From Lytechinus pictus (Eukaryota), in the NCBI RefSeq assembly GCF_037042905.1, contig NC_087252.1:11968001-12028000 (forward strand): 60,000 nucleotides of DNA. The letters run 5' to 3'. Both the position numbers and the translations under genes were made by a program. The notes beneath the pieces are model-generated. The model did no database searches, had not been told where the DNA came from, and was given only the letters and a program-made list of their open reading frames with translations. This document shows, in pieces, positions 1 to 11,600 of this stretch (positions are counted from its first letter, which is position 1; every line of letters starts with the position of its first letter).

Positions 1-1010
1 CATTAAAGTAGATGGAGTTGAACTAGAACAAAGGAAGTGTACACAGTTTCTAGGTGTGTATGTTAATCAGAATCTAGACTGGAGTGATCATGTCACTCAT
101 ATTGTTACCAACATTTCAAGAAATATTGGTTTATTATATAGGGTAAAAAATTTGTTAATGATAGGATATTATTGATGATATACAATACTCTTGTACTGCC
201 ACATATTTCATATTGCAGTGTTCTTTGGGCTACATCTGAAGTGACAACTACCAATATATTTCTCCTGCAAAAAAAAGCAGTTCGCATATGTACTGGGTCT
301 GGTTACAGAGACCATACAAATCCCTTTGTAAAGCTGAAGTGCTTGAAGGTAGAAGATATAAATTTTTTTGCAAACTGCCTTATTTATGTTCCGTTTTAAT
401 GCCAATATGCTGCCTGACTCAATGTTTCAGTCTAACAGTGTCCATTCAAATAGCACAAGACAGTCATCGAACATACATTTGGTTAATCCCCGCACCGCAT
501 TAGCTCATAAATCAATCAGACAACGTGGTTCAGATGTTTGGAATTCTCTTTCACATAATATTTGAAATTTGAAAACCTCACATTCTTTTAACTTGGCTGT
601 AAAACACAATCTCCTTTCAAAATTACAGAATGTGTAAACTGCTAGTAACGTATACATGTAAGTAATTAAGTCTTCTTTCTTTCTCTTATGCGTAACTGAA
701 GATTAAGAATTTAACTTTGTTGAATTACTCTACCATATATTCACAACAATTTGAAACTTAATTGTTGTATCTCGGCAGTCTATCACTTTTACATTCTTCT
801 CTGTCTTTCCTCTCTTCCTTATTCTTACATTTTTATTTTGTTTTTTTGGATGGAAAACCAGTTTAAAGGTGCCTCAAGCAATCAAGCTTTTAGCTTATGT
901 TGCAACACCTTTGTATGTTCATTATTTACTTGTGTTTCATATATATATATCTGTGTATTCTTTGACATTGTGCATTGTGAACATGCATGAATAAATAAAT
1001 AATGATAATA
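1..1010 (+). mobile_element. CR1/L2-group LINE 3' fragment (degenerate RT C-terminus plus 3'UTR)
   Basis: FLGVYV..NLDWSDH, IYNTLVLPHISYCSVLW, LQKKAVRI, VWNSL; ends in aataaataaataat tail. Confidence 0.85.
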
Positions 1011-1019
1011 ATTGGAATT

Positions 1020-1440
1020 ATATAGCAATTTTTCCAGAGGATGCAAAGCGCTGTTGATGGCATAAGACAGGTTAAGGTTTCGGGGAGATGGAGGGAGTTT
1101 GTTCCAACGACGGGGGGCAAGAGATTGAAAAGAATTTAAACCGGCCTGTTTTCTGGATTTTGGAATGATTTATGTAGGAGCAGCTGCAGAACAAAGAGTA
1201 TGTAGATATTTGTTGCTGAAATAATGAAGAAATGTAAGAAGGAAGTGTGGTTGACAGAGATTTATAGGCTTGAACAAGTATTCGAAAATGAATTCTATCA
1301 GAATCAGGTAGCCAAAGAAGTTTGTTTTAGAAGAGGGGTAGCATGACACCATTTTGGTTTTTGACAGATTAATCGTGCAAATTTGTTCTGAAGGTGTTGA
1401 AGTCCTTTACGATCTTGTTTACTAATACTCCCAAGCAAGC
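1020..1440 (-). mobile_element. L2 LINE 3' fragment, tail-to-tail with the previous LINE
   Basis: Reverse strand reads LQHLQNKFARLI..HATPLL..WLP..RIHFRIL..YKSL..APRRWNKLP with frameshifts; L2-like end agcgctttgcatcc...gctatataa. Confidence 0.8.
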
Positions 1441-1544
1441 AGCCACCATACATTTATATATTTATTTCTATATTTTGTTCTTGATTAAAAACTAATGGCT
1501 CTCATACAAAGTTGTGCTTTAACATAAAAAAAAACCTTTTTTGT

Positions 1545-2715
1545 AAGGACATGGCTTGATTTTCATTTTGTTAATCGTTTTCAAGGTTGGGAAAGTTTGG
1601 AGAAAAAATTTTTAAATGAAAAATGAATTGTAAACCCACTTTAAATGATAACAATTTAGTGAAAAAAATGCTAGAGATGTCTGATATAAACTTTTGTTCA
1701 GATTCAGTTATGTCATCAGATCCAGCTGGCACAAAAAGGGTAAATGTTGTGTTTACTAAGTGTTAAAATTTCAATTTGGGTGGCCAAATTGTTAAAAAAA
1801 TGCTTAAAGGGGAATCCAGCCTTGGCCATAAAATGTTGTGTTGGGAAGGAGAAAAATAAATTAAACAGAATGGTAAAAGTTTGAAAGAAATCGGACAAGC
1901 AATAAGAAAGTTATAGCTGCTTTAAGATTGAGATCACTAATACTATGTAGATTTCAAATTGGCAACTGGGTAAGTAAATTATGACAAGAGGCAAGGACTA
2001 CTTTCCCATAGGCCATGTACTTATTATCAGGGATTTGTGGTTTTCTCCTAAGTAACAATTCCCCTGGGGCAGTAATCTAAATATAACCCAGGTAGGATAT
2101 TGTTTTATGTCCTCATGAAAGAAAAATATAATTTCAAATAAAACTTTTGGGAAAAATGACATTGTAGCCATTATATGTATTGGAGTACATGGAAGAGTAG
2201 TCCTTGCCTTACATCACTATGACATTTCATATGCGGCCAATTTGAAGTCTCCATGGGTATAGTGATTACCAATCTTTACAACTTTAAAAAAATCATAACT
2301 TTCTTGTTGTTTGTCCAATATTGTTCAAACTTTCACCTATCAACTTGTCTGATTTTTCTTTTTCTTATAAAAACAAGTTTTTATTTGGGTTGGATTCCCC
2401 TTTAAATGTATTCGTTTTATTTCAATTGATTGAAAGTGCAAGGGGAATGTATAAGAAATGTTTCGCAGGGTAAGTTTGATTTCGCCCTTTCCCCTTGACA
2501 CAGCGTACAAACGAGTATTTCTGCGCAAACATATCTCTGCGAGCTTTACAAAAATGGACAGTGCTCACTCAAGTGTAACATTCTGTCGAAACGTTTACTT
2601 TCATTGGATAGATGAGACCCAAACCCAAGATTATATGTGACAACATTTTCCACATGTTGTATATTTCTTAATTCCCAGGGCTTTTTCAAAGTGCATTTTT
2701 TTCTTCATACGCACT
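1545..2715. mobile_element. Truncated Tc1/mariner-type non-autonomous element, interrupted by the TTAA MITE
   Basis: Right end ...atacgcactg|ta (CAGTG terminus plus TA); left TIR not found, left boundary approximate. Confidence 0.45.
1808..2401. mobile_element. Kolobok-like MITE
   Basis: TTAA|aggggaatcca...tggattcccct|TTAA; subterminal inverted similarity. Confidence 0.85.
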
Positions 2716-3993
2716 GTATAACAATAACCTTTTTAAATTGCTTACCTGAACAAATCAAACTTGATTTGTTTGGTCCATTTTTTTCAATCTTTCATAAACT
2801 TCGCTTTCTGATTTAAGAGCTTACGCCCTCTCTTTCTCTCTTATTCTCCCCCTCTCTCTATCTATCATTATTTTCCGATTACTCACTCTCTTCTTGCTTC
2901 TCTTGTTGTTATATATATATATTCCCTTAAAACGAAAATTAATATCTTGTATTTTTTTTTTCATTATTTCCAGGTCGCTCATCTATCCCAGCCATCTTCT
3001 TTTCTCAACAGAAGTGCATTTGGGTTTATCTTTACGGTCAGTTTTACTATCTATTCAATTTTTTTTTATCATTTCCAATCAAAATTGGGAATCTCTTCTC
3101 ATGGTAAACAAAGTATGTTAATTATTATTAAATATACGAAGGGAACTAATTAATTGGATCAGTCAACACAAATAAACAGTTCTTTGGATATTTCTAAGGT
3201 GAAATTTTGTAATTTTTATTAGTGCATTTGACTGTTTTACCTAGACCTACGTGTACGTCACACATGATAATGGTATTATCTTTAAAAAAATGTTAAATAT
3301 CTTAGGTGATACTGATGCAGTAAAAAACATGGATCATACTAATATGGTTACAACGCATGCGTATTATCAAATGTTAAGTCATTAGTAGTTAATGGACGTC
3401 TCGGACATGCCTGCTGGGGAACGGGGAACATTTCATGAAACTGATACATATACTAGGTGATTTTTACCGACTATTTGTTATAAGCTAATGAAATATTTGC
3501 ATCTGGCTCATAGCTCATTTATGACTGGGCAGTAGTCAATGATAATTATTTCTAATTGGCAATTTTATTCGTGTTCCGATATTCAGAATCACTACTGGAA
3601 AATTAGATGCATTTCGAAAAAAAATAATTACAGAATAATGGTAGAAAGCGTGATTCCTTTCCCATCCGATAGGAGGAAAACAATGAATCTGACACTGGGC
3701 ATTCTTAGACAAACAACGATTGTCACCTTATATCATTATCCTTATACGAATTATTGATCGAAATTTCACCCCTCCAGTACGATAGAGACATATTAGTCTG
3801 AACAGGGAATGTATCATGTAATATCAAATAGCAATAAATAATCTAAAAGTTAAAACTTTAGTGCGTTATAAGTTTTTTATCTTATCTATTTGCATGGTGG
3901 TGTTTACAATAATTCAATATGTTTATTTGAATTGTTGTTTTCATTAAAAACAGATTTGTAGTTATCCTCTTTGTCAGTATGCCTATATTGATT

Positions 3994-4458
3994 CGCATAC
4001 ATTCGTAATTCCGAAGCTTCGTTATTCCGAAGGTTCGGATATTCCGAAGGTTCGGATATTCCGAAGGTTCGTTATTCCGAAGGTTCGTATTTCCGAAGGT
4101 TCGTAATTCCGAAGGTTCGTTACTCCGAAAACGAAGTGAGGTTCGTAATTCCGAAGGTTCGTTAGTCCGAAAACTAAATGATTAACCAACCTTATTTCGT
4201 TTTCGGACTAACGAACCTTCGGAACAACGCACCTTATTTCGTTTTCGGATTAACGAACCTTCGAAACATCGAACCTTATTTCGTTTTCGGATTATCGAAC
4301 CTTCGGAATAACGCCACAAATGTTCGGATTAACGAACCCTTTTACGTTTTCGGATTAACGAATATCGAGGTATAGGCAATTTGCGTGTTTCGGAATTACG
4401 AACCTTCGGAATAAAGAACCTTCAGAATTACGAACCTTCGGAATTGTGAAGTGTAACC
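3994..4458. mobile_element. Foldback-type (MuDR-like) MITE made of inverted 16-17 bp tandem arrays
   Basis: Left arm (ttccgaaggttcgtna)n, right arm its reverse complement; 9-bp TSD atattgatt/atattgact. Confidence 0.8.
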
Positions 4459-5307
4459 ATATTGACTAATGTAATACAGTGAATCATTTTTGCATAAGCT
4501 AATTATAACAAATATTATTTCTGTAATGAAATTTATCTACAATAGATTCATGTAAAATGTGAACTGATCTACATAAATCATACTTCAGAATAATATTCAT
4601 AGTCAACTTGAACTAGATTGTGTAGGTTGGTATAAAATATTTGTTTTGTCTTATGAACCCATAGAAGAACAGTAGTATGATATTACAATACATCATTATA
4701 TTACGTAAATGTATATCTGACTTGCAAGACAGGACATTGTGAGGAAAACTCATCCGTTAAAGTAATATCAAGCAATATTACTGATACTCGTAATTGAGTT
4801 GCTATTTCCATGGTATCTTAAATTCATCCCAAAATAATCGACGCAGTTTATAATAACCTCTTCTATGCGAGTATCAGTTTCCTTTGAAACCACATCAGAT
4901 TCCCAATGCGTCTTTATTTAGACAATAATTGTGTGTGTGAGTGTGTGTGTGCTTAATAAGTACATGTTTAAACGGATGCGTCAAAATAAATAATTGTATT
5001 CTGCATATCGTACCTTACCCTTAAGTGAACGACCTAAGATGTACAATCGAATGATTTCTATACAAAAAACAGGTGTGTTTAAAACAAATGAAACAATGTC
5101 ATAATCTATATTTTCTTATCAGCAAATTCGTAGAAAAAGTGTCTGACACTACTGATAAGATTAATACAGATGGAATTCGTTCCTCATCGTTAACTTAATA
5201 ACGTTTCATAAAGTGCATGTGATTCAATCATGGGAATAATTAGGTGTAGAAATAGATTAAAAGTGACGACATAATTTTTAAAATCAGACTTAAGATGTAT
5301 TTATATA

Positions 5308-6337
5308 CAGCGCGTCCCCCCCCCCAAAAAAAAAAAAAGAAATATGCAGCTATAATTACTTTGAAAAATGACAATTATTCTGAAAGAAAAGTATGGAACT
5401 GGAAAGCTCATTTCATGTTCTAACTTCTATATACAAAATTCATTGGTCTCGCTTCAGTGGTTTTGAATACACAGTCTATTACATAACAGTGGTGCTTTTT
5501 TGCCATTCCAAGTTTGCATGAATGCAGCACTACCGTGTGTTCTGCACTTTTTAGCATATCAACCCCCTTTGACCAATCTGATCAAGGAATTTCCTGATCT
5601 GACCAGGGAAATCTCCATGATCTAACCAGCCTCATCAGATCATAACCTTGAGCATGTTCAGAAGGGCAAAAACTGTATTTGACAATTCATGTCATGTTTG
5701 ATAACGGGAGGTGCACAATGATTGAGAAAACGGGTCATGTCTGTTTCATGCCTAAGTCCAACAATAATGCATTTTTTTTTTGTTAACAAGCTACTGACGC
5801 CAGTTTAATTCAATGTAACTTTTTAAAAGAAAAAAAGTCAGAAAATTCTCTTGTAAAGTTCTTTTTCGCAAAGGTCGATTAACTTGTGGATTTTCCTTTA
5901 TTTTTCAGCTTATTTTACTCATCCATCATTCACATTTTCTTTTAAGTTGGTGCATTGATTCCCCTTATCAATCATCTAACAAACTGATATGTTTCTTGTC
6001 CTTCTAAACATGCCAAGGTTTATGATTTGATGAGCCTGGATATGATTGGTGAAATATCCCTGTTCAGATCCTGGATGTAAAAATGGGGGGTTAATATGCC
6101 ATGGACAATGCAAAAATGCATCAATGCTGCAAACTTGGCATGGGCTAAAATGCACCACTGTCATGACTGTTACGTAACAAAGTGTGTATTCAAAACAGCT
6201 GAAGCGCAACCAATGAAATTTTCATAGAAGTTGGATCATGAAATGAGCTATCTACTCATGACCATTTATTTGAGAATACTACCACATTATAGAATTACTT
6301 CAGCCCTATGTCAGAGGGATTTTTTTGGGAAGCGCTG
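5308..6337. mobile_element. Tc1/mariner-like MITE
   Basis: TA|cagcgcgtccc..aaaaaa ... ttttttgggaagcgctg|TA; internal inverted similarity. Confidence 0.75.
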
Positions 6338-6886
6338 TACTTGTTCCAAAGGTAAAAATATGTAGCATCAGATGGAATATTTTGAATCTCTGAAAGGAAT
6401 ATTATCAAACATTGCCACCAATACAAATGCCAAAGTTTTTTTTTTCTTTTTGGATAAGTGGGGCATCTAGTCTGATTAATAGAAATCATTTTTTTTTTCA
6501 TTTCTTAAAAAGACATTTTTACTGACCCCCGTATGGTTATTAAATTGCCAATAAGATTAATTTCATAAAGAGATTCATACAATGTAGTTACAACATATCA
6601 ACGCAAATAACATAATTAATAATCCATTAACATTAAACACAAAAGCTTAAACTGAAATCATACGGAGTGATTATAATAATCTTGTAGTACATATTAAAAA
6701 CTGAGATTATAAACAGGATAAACAATAAATGTAGTATACCAAATGAGACTAATTTGGAAAAAAAATAAACAAGCCTTCTAAAGATCAATAATCTTTCAAA
6801 ATTTTGCATTTTTTAAAAATCAAATTTATTAGTTTTATTGGCAAGTATGTTGGTTTGCCTTTCATTTATGTAATTTTTCCTTATAT

Positions 6887-7875
6887 TAGGAGTGAGCTAT
6901 ACATGGGTCAAAACTACTTTTTTTTTCGTCATTTCAATATGGCAACAGTTTATTCATAATCCCTTGTAACGTATCTCCACACGATATTTTTTTGTCTCGG
7001 GTCCGAGAAAATGGCCGCCACCCCCCCCCCCCCAAAAAAAAAAAATTCAAAGCTTTGGCCACAAATTTTTTTATTGGGTGTTCTATTTCTTTGGCTTTGG
7101 TGTCTATTCAAATGTTTTTTTGGGGGCAGGCAATTATATTTTTTTTATAATTAGTACTTATAAACAATTATTTGTAGAGTTGAAAGGTAATATTAACTAA
7201 ATAAACCAATTTTTAGTGTATTTTTTCACCCATGAAGTAGTTTTCATCGTGCTTGGGTTCTTGGATATTAGAGGACACGAGTTGAAAAATAGCAAGCAAA
7301 TTCATATAGCTTTAATGTTTGTTATTCCTCTACTTTTGGTTTTACTATTTGCGAAATATATCTAATTAAATTAAAAAAAGGTCAATTATCCATTGGGACT
7401 TTACATTAAACAGTGTAAACCCAAATTTAGAGGAATAAAATGATACAGCTATATGAGATGCATGCTACTGTCCTCTAATATCTAAGAACCACAAATCGAT
7501 TAAACCACTGTGTGGGGTTAAAATGGAGCATTAAAAATGGCATATTTAAGTAAAATCGCTGTACAACTCTACAACTAATGATTTTTAAAATCACTAATTT
7601 TTGGAAAAACAAATTACTCGCCCCCCCCCCCCCCATAAAAAAAAAATACATGAGTAGACACCAAAAACAGAGAAAAAGGACCACCGAAAAAAAAAAAGTT
7701 GTGGCTAAAAATGTGATTTTGGGGGGTTTGGCGGCCATTTTGGATTTTGAATTGGCACACTTTTTTCGGACCAGAGACCAAAATATTGTCATTTCATGTT
7801 GAGATAGGGTAAAAGGAGCACAAAAAACTATGGCTTAGTAAAAAAAAAAAATCACATATTTATAGCCCACTTCTA
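6887..7875. mobile_element. Palindromic non-autonomous TIR element (TAGGAGTGGGCTATA family), copy 1
   Basis: Termini taggagtgagctata / tatagcccacttcta; long imperfect arms; 7-bp flanks cttatat/cctatat. Confidence 0.8.
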
Positions 7876-8002
7876 CCTATATGTTTTTACCTTTAGTTTC
7901 TACTTCCACCCAAAGGAAATCTTAGGTGAGTAGCACTTTCTTAATTCGTACGAAAGAACAAAACATTCTCAACTTCATAAAATCGCAAATTCTTATCGTT
8001 TT

Positions 8003-8613
8003 TCATGTGTTGGCATACACAACCTCAGCTTTATCCGGTATGTCATCTTCCATGGAAGACACATCAAGAGAAGTTGACGACATCTAGACAGGTTTCATAT
8101 CCATATAGATGTGAGCGACAATCTCATCCCCATCTTCTCCTTCGGAGGGGGCATGGTTGATATATTGATGGTCATCAGACTCGCTTCCAGACACCATCCC
8201 ATTGTCATTCGCGTAGTGACATTCAGACCCTTTTGGAGAAGAAATAGGGATTAGGTAATCATTGTCAGGTTCGTCCTGGAGGACTGATCCCTTTTCAATC
8301 TCTGTATTCGAATATGTAGCATCAGAACCCTTGGGAGTACCACAGTCATGGTCTCCTGTGTCTTGACCGGTCGTTTCGGCGATGGATGCTGGATTGGTAG
8401 GCTTAAGGTCCATGCAGTCGCTTGCACCTGGCCATGAAGAGTGCGATGGCTGGTTCCTCGTAAGTTTGGAATAGATTCCCTCCCCTTCCTGCAAATGAAT
8501 AAATTGTGGAAAGCTGCGTGGTATTCATAACAATGCTTCAGATAAGCCTGTGTTAGATAAATCTATTGAGTGTCTGTTTTCAAGTACTTGTCCAATCACG
8601 AATTTTTCTAATC
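8003..8613 (-). CDS. Exon 12: acidic, Tyr-motif-rich cytoplasmic tail with two in-frame stops (TGA 8525-8527, TAG 8084-8086)
   Basis: Acceptor tttttcccccgcag; a single frame gives GLEKFV...ALL*IPRSF...IYSKL...YSNT...YLIP...YAND...YINH...YMDMKPV*MSS...EVVYANT*. Confidence 0.7.
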
Positions 8614-11600
8614 CTGCGGGGGAAAAATAAGAAATAACGCCCCCCCCAAAAAAAAAAAAAAAAAAACGTGTGAAATTATAAAAAATAAATAATATGATCA
8701 GGGGCGGATGAAGGAGATGAAGGATTTTCTTGAGGGGGAAGGCACATTGCACATTATTTTTCCCGAAGTATTTGCCGGCAAGAAAAACCTATTTTTTGTT
8801 TTAACCCACTAATTAAGGACAATATCGTCCATGAATAAAAAAGGGACACACTTGTGTTATATCGGCATCTTAAAAATTACAAATTTTCTTTGTGCCTCTC
8901 AAAAAGGGGGGCACGGGCCGGCTGTGCCCCCCACCCTCCTGGATCTGCAAGTAAATATGATTCTACAATTTTGGTAAATCGTCATAACGCTAATACAACA
9001 CTGATTAAAGTAAAGTATTTGCTATGCTAATGATTAAATGATTATCAGGTAATTGACGTATCGAAATACCCAATGAACATAATAAAGAAAACCATTGGAC
9101 GCAGGATGATTAAACAGTTTGGGAACACGTCATTTTGTATTACAGAATAAACTTTTTAAAAGTTTAAAAATCATTATACATTGTATATGTCAGATTAGGT
9201 CAGATTACTTTCAAATGATTTCCATTCCCCATGATTTCTGTTTACCTAGAACAAAAAAAAAAGGAGATAATGATGAAAATACCTTATTGTATGAATGTTG
9301 AGTTTCTTTTCCGATAGCTGTATTGGATTGTATAAAAAAGCAAGACATTAAATCATAAGTACAATAATAATCAAATGGAAAGGGTCGATTAAATCGCACT
9401 TAGATATTCTCTTCACATGTAGCTTAAATCTCGACTACTTATTGTATTTATATTTCTGACGAATAGTTTGCAACCCTAAATTACCACTCAACTACATATT
9501 TTATTGTTAATAGGAAGAGAGGTTTTTTTTTTCAACCTGCCTTCGTCAGGGCAGGGCAGTAAAAAGTGTCTCTTTCGACGGGGCTTCAAACTTTTACTCG
9601 TTCCTTTCGAGAAATAATAATGCAATATATGGATAAGTTTGTGTTCGAAATTTGAGAATATAGAAAAGAGGTATCCTAAATTATCCAAAGGTCATCTACG
9701 ACTTCGAAATGAAATAGGATGGGGCAGAGAAAAAGAAAAATCTAGAAAACTGGGTATTCAGAGAACACACACAATCAATGTTTTAAACCAAAAACGTGCG
9801 TGCACTCTCAACGTTTAGAGAAACACGCATCTTCTCAATTTATTATCAACATACTTCATTCATGTCTTTTATTAATTCAGAATGTTTGTTAATTATGCAT
9901 GTATTTATCGTATGTATTGAAAAATTGTTCATCCTAGTTACGTAATAATATAAAAGTTTTGCTATGTCACGGATTTGTTGAAATGAACCTACACGATTAT
10001 GAAAACAAACACACACATGTTGATAAAACTCACTCTTGTGATGAAGGTATACATGTGAAGAACTGGAGGAAAACATACCCTAAATTACGAAAAACACACA
10101 AACACGATCACACGAATCATTTCAAACCTTGGGAGACACGAGATATTTAATGGAAGTGAGGAAATGAACTTTCCGACAGATGTTGGAATCCCCAGAATAA
10201 GAAATGCAAATCGTGAATAATGTATTTTGCTTCTTCAGTTATATATGTTATAAGGAGTACATCATTATTACTCTAAAACATACCTTTCTTTTGTTTGGTA
10301 CAGCATATCAATCCGTAAAAGTACACCAAACCAAGTGAGATTACTATGACGAAACCAAGTGAGGCAATTACACCATGAGCTATTATCATGTAAGGAGTGC
10401 TTTGCTTTCTTGGTTGAACTTTCTGACCCGGTTGATCTAAAATCAGAAAGTAAAACATAAAAGTGTGAAAGACAAAATAATAACCTATACATAATATTCA
10501 GTTTATTGATAGTAACCCTATACCCACTAACAATACAATATTCATTACAAAAATAACATTTTCAGTTATCGACTTTGAAGTACCAGGGTGTTTAATGATA
10601 CCCTTTTCCACATTTTAGTCATAAAAGAAAATGAAGAGGCTTTAATAGGAGGAAATAACCATTTGTTAACAGATTTTTCGGAAATACTCCTAATTGTTTA
10701 AGATCGACTTTCTGACTTATGATGTTCATTACAGATCTAGCATAGCGATCTTAAACAAATAAGAGAAATGCCGATTTTAAAAAAAAAATTTGGTCATGAA
10801 GTTAAGAATTCTAACTCTTTTATCCAATAGTGCAAAATAATGTTCAAACGAAATTTAGAAAACTTACAAGGGAGACGATACTTATTTCACAAATCGCCTA
10901 CACTCACATATGCCTACATATCTCATTCACACACATCCACCCACATCTTGTATAAATATATGTACCCATTGGGATAACTTACATAATCATCGTTCATTGT
11001 TTTGTCCATTGTCCATCTATTTATATCATTCATTCTATTGACATGCATTTACCTAAAATTTGCAACAGATGTTATGCGATAGTCCTTTCAAATCTTCCCC
11101 TCGCCTTTGTCATTTTTACTAGGAGTGGGCTATAAATGGGTGATTTTTGGTTTTACTGTGGGAACAGTTTTTTGTGTTCCTTTTACCTTATCTCACTATG
11201 AAATGACGATATTTTTTGTCTCGGGTCCGAGAAAAAAGTGTGCCGGGCCAAAATCCAAAATGGCCGCCAAAACCCCCCAAAATCACAGTTTTGGCCACAA
11301 CTTTTTTATTTGGTGGTCAATTTCTCTGGTTTTGGTGTCTATTCATATGTTTTTGGGGGCAGGAAATTTGTTTTTCCTATAATTAGTACTTTTAAACCAT
11401 TATTTGTAGAGTTAAAAGGTAATTATACCTAAATTTTCCAATTTTTGTAGCCTTTTTTCAGCCAAAAAGTGGGTTTTATCATCCTGGGGTTCTGGGATAT
11501 TAAATGGCACGAGGTCAACAATAGCAAGTAGCTTCATGCAATGTATAGCTATCTTGCTTTTATTCCTCCACTTTTTTTTTTAACGGATATTTGTGAAATA

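Noticed and set aside
3994..4458. CRISPR-like repeat array
   Set aside because: No unique spacers, arrays are inverted about a centre, TSD present, eukaryotic context, no cas genes
8460..8530. Remnant tyrosine-kinase start (EIPR...GEGIYSKL resembling a P-loop)
   Set aside because: No VAVK, HRD or DFG motifs follow; downstream sequence is low-complexity and acidic
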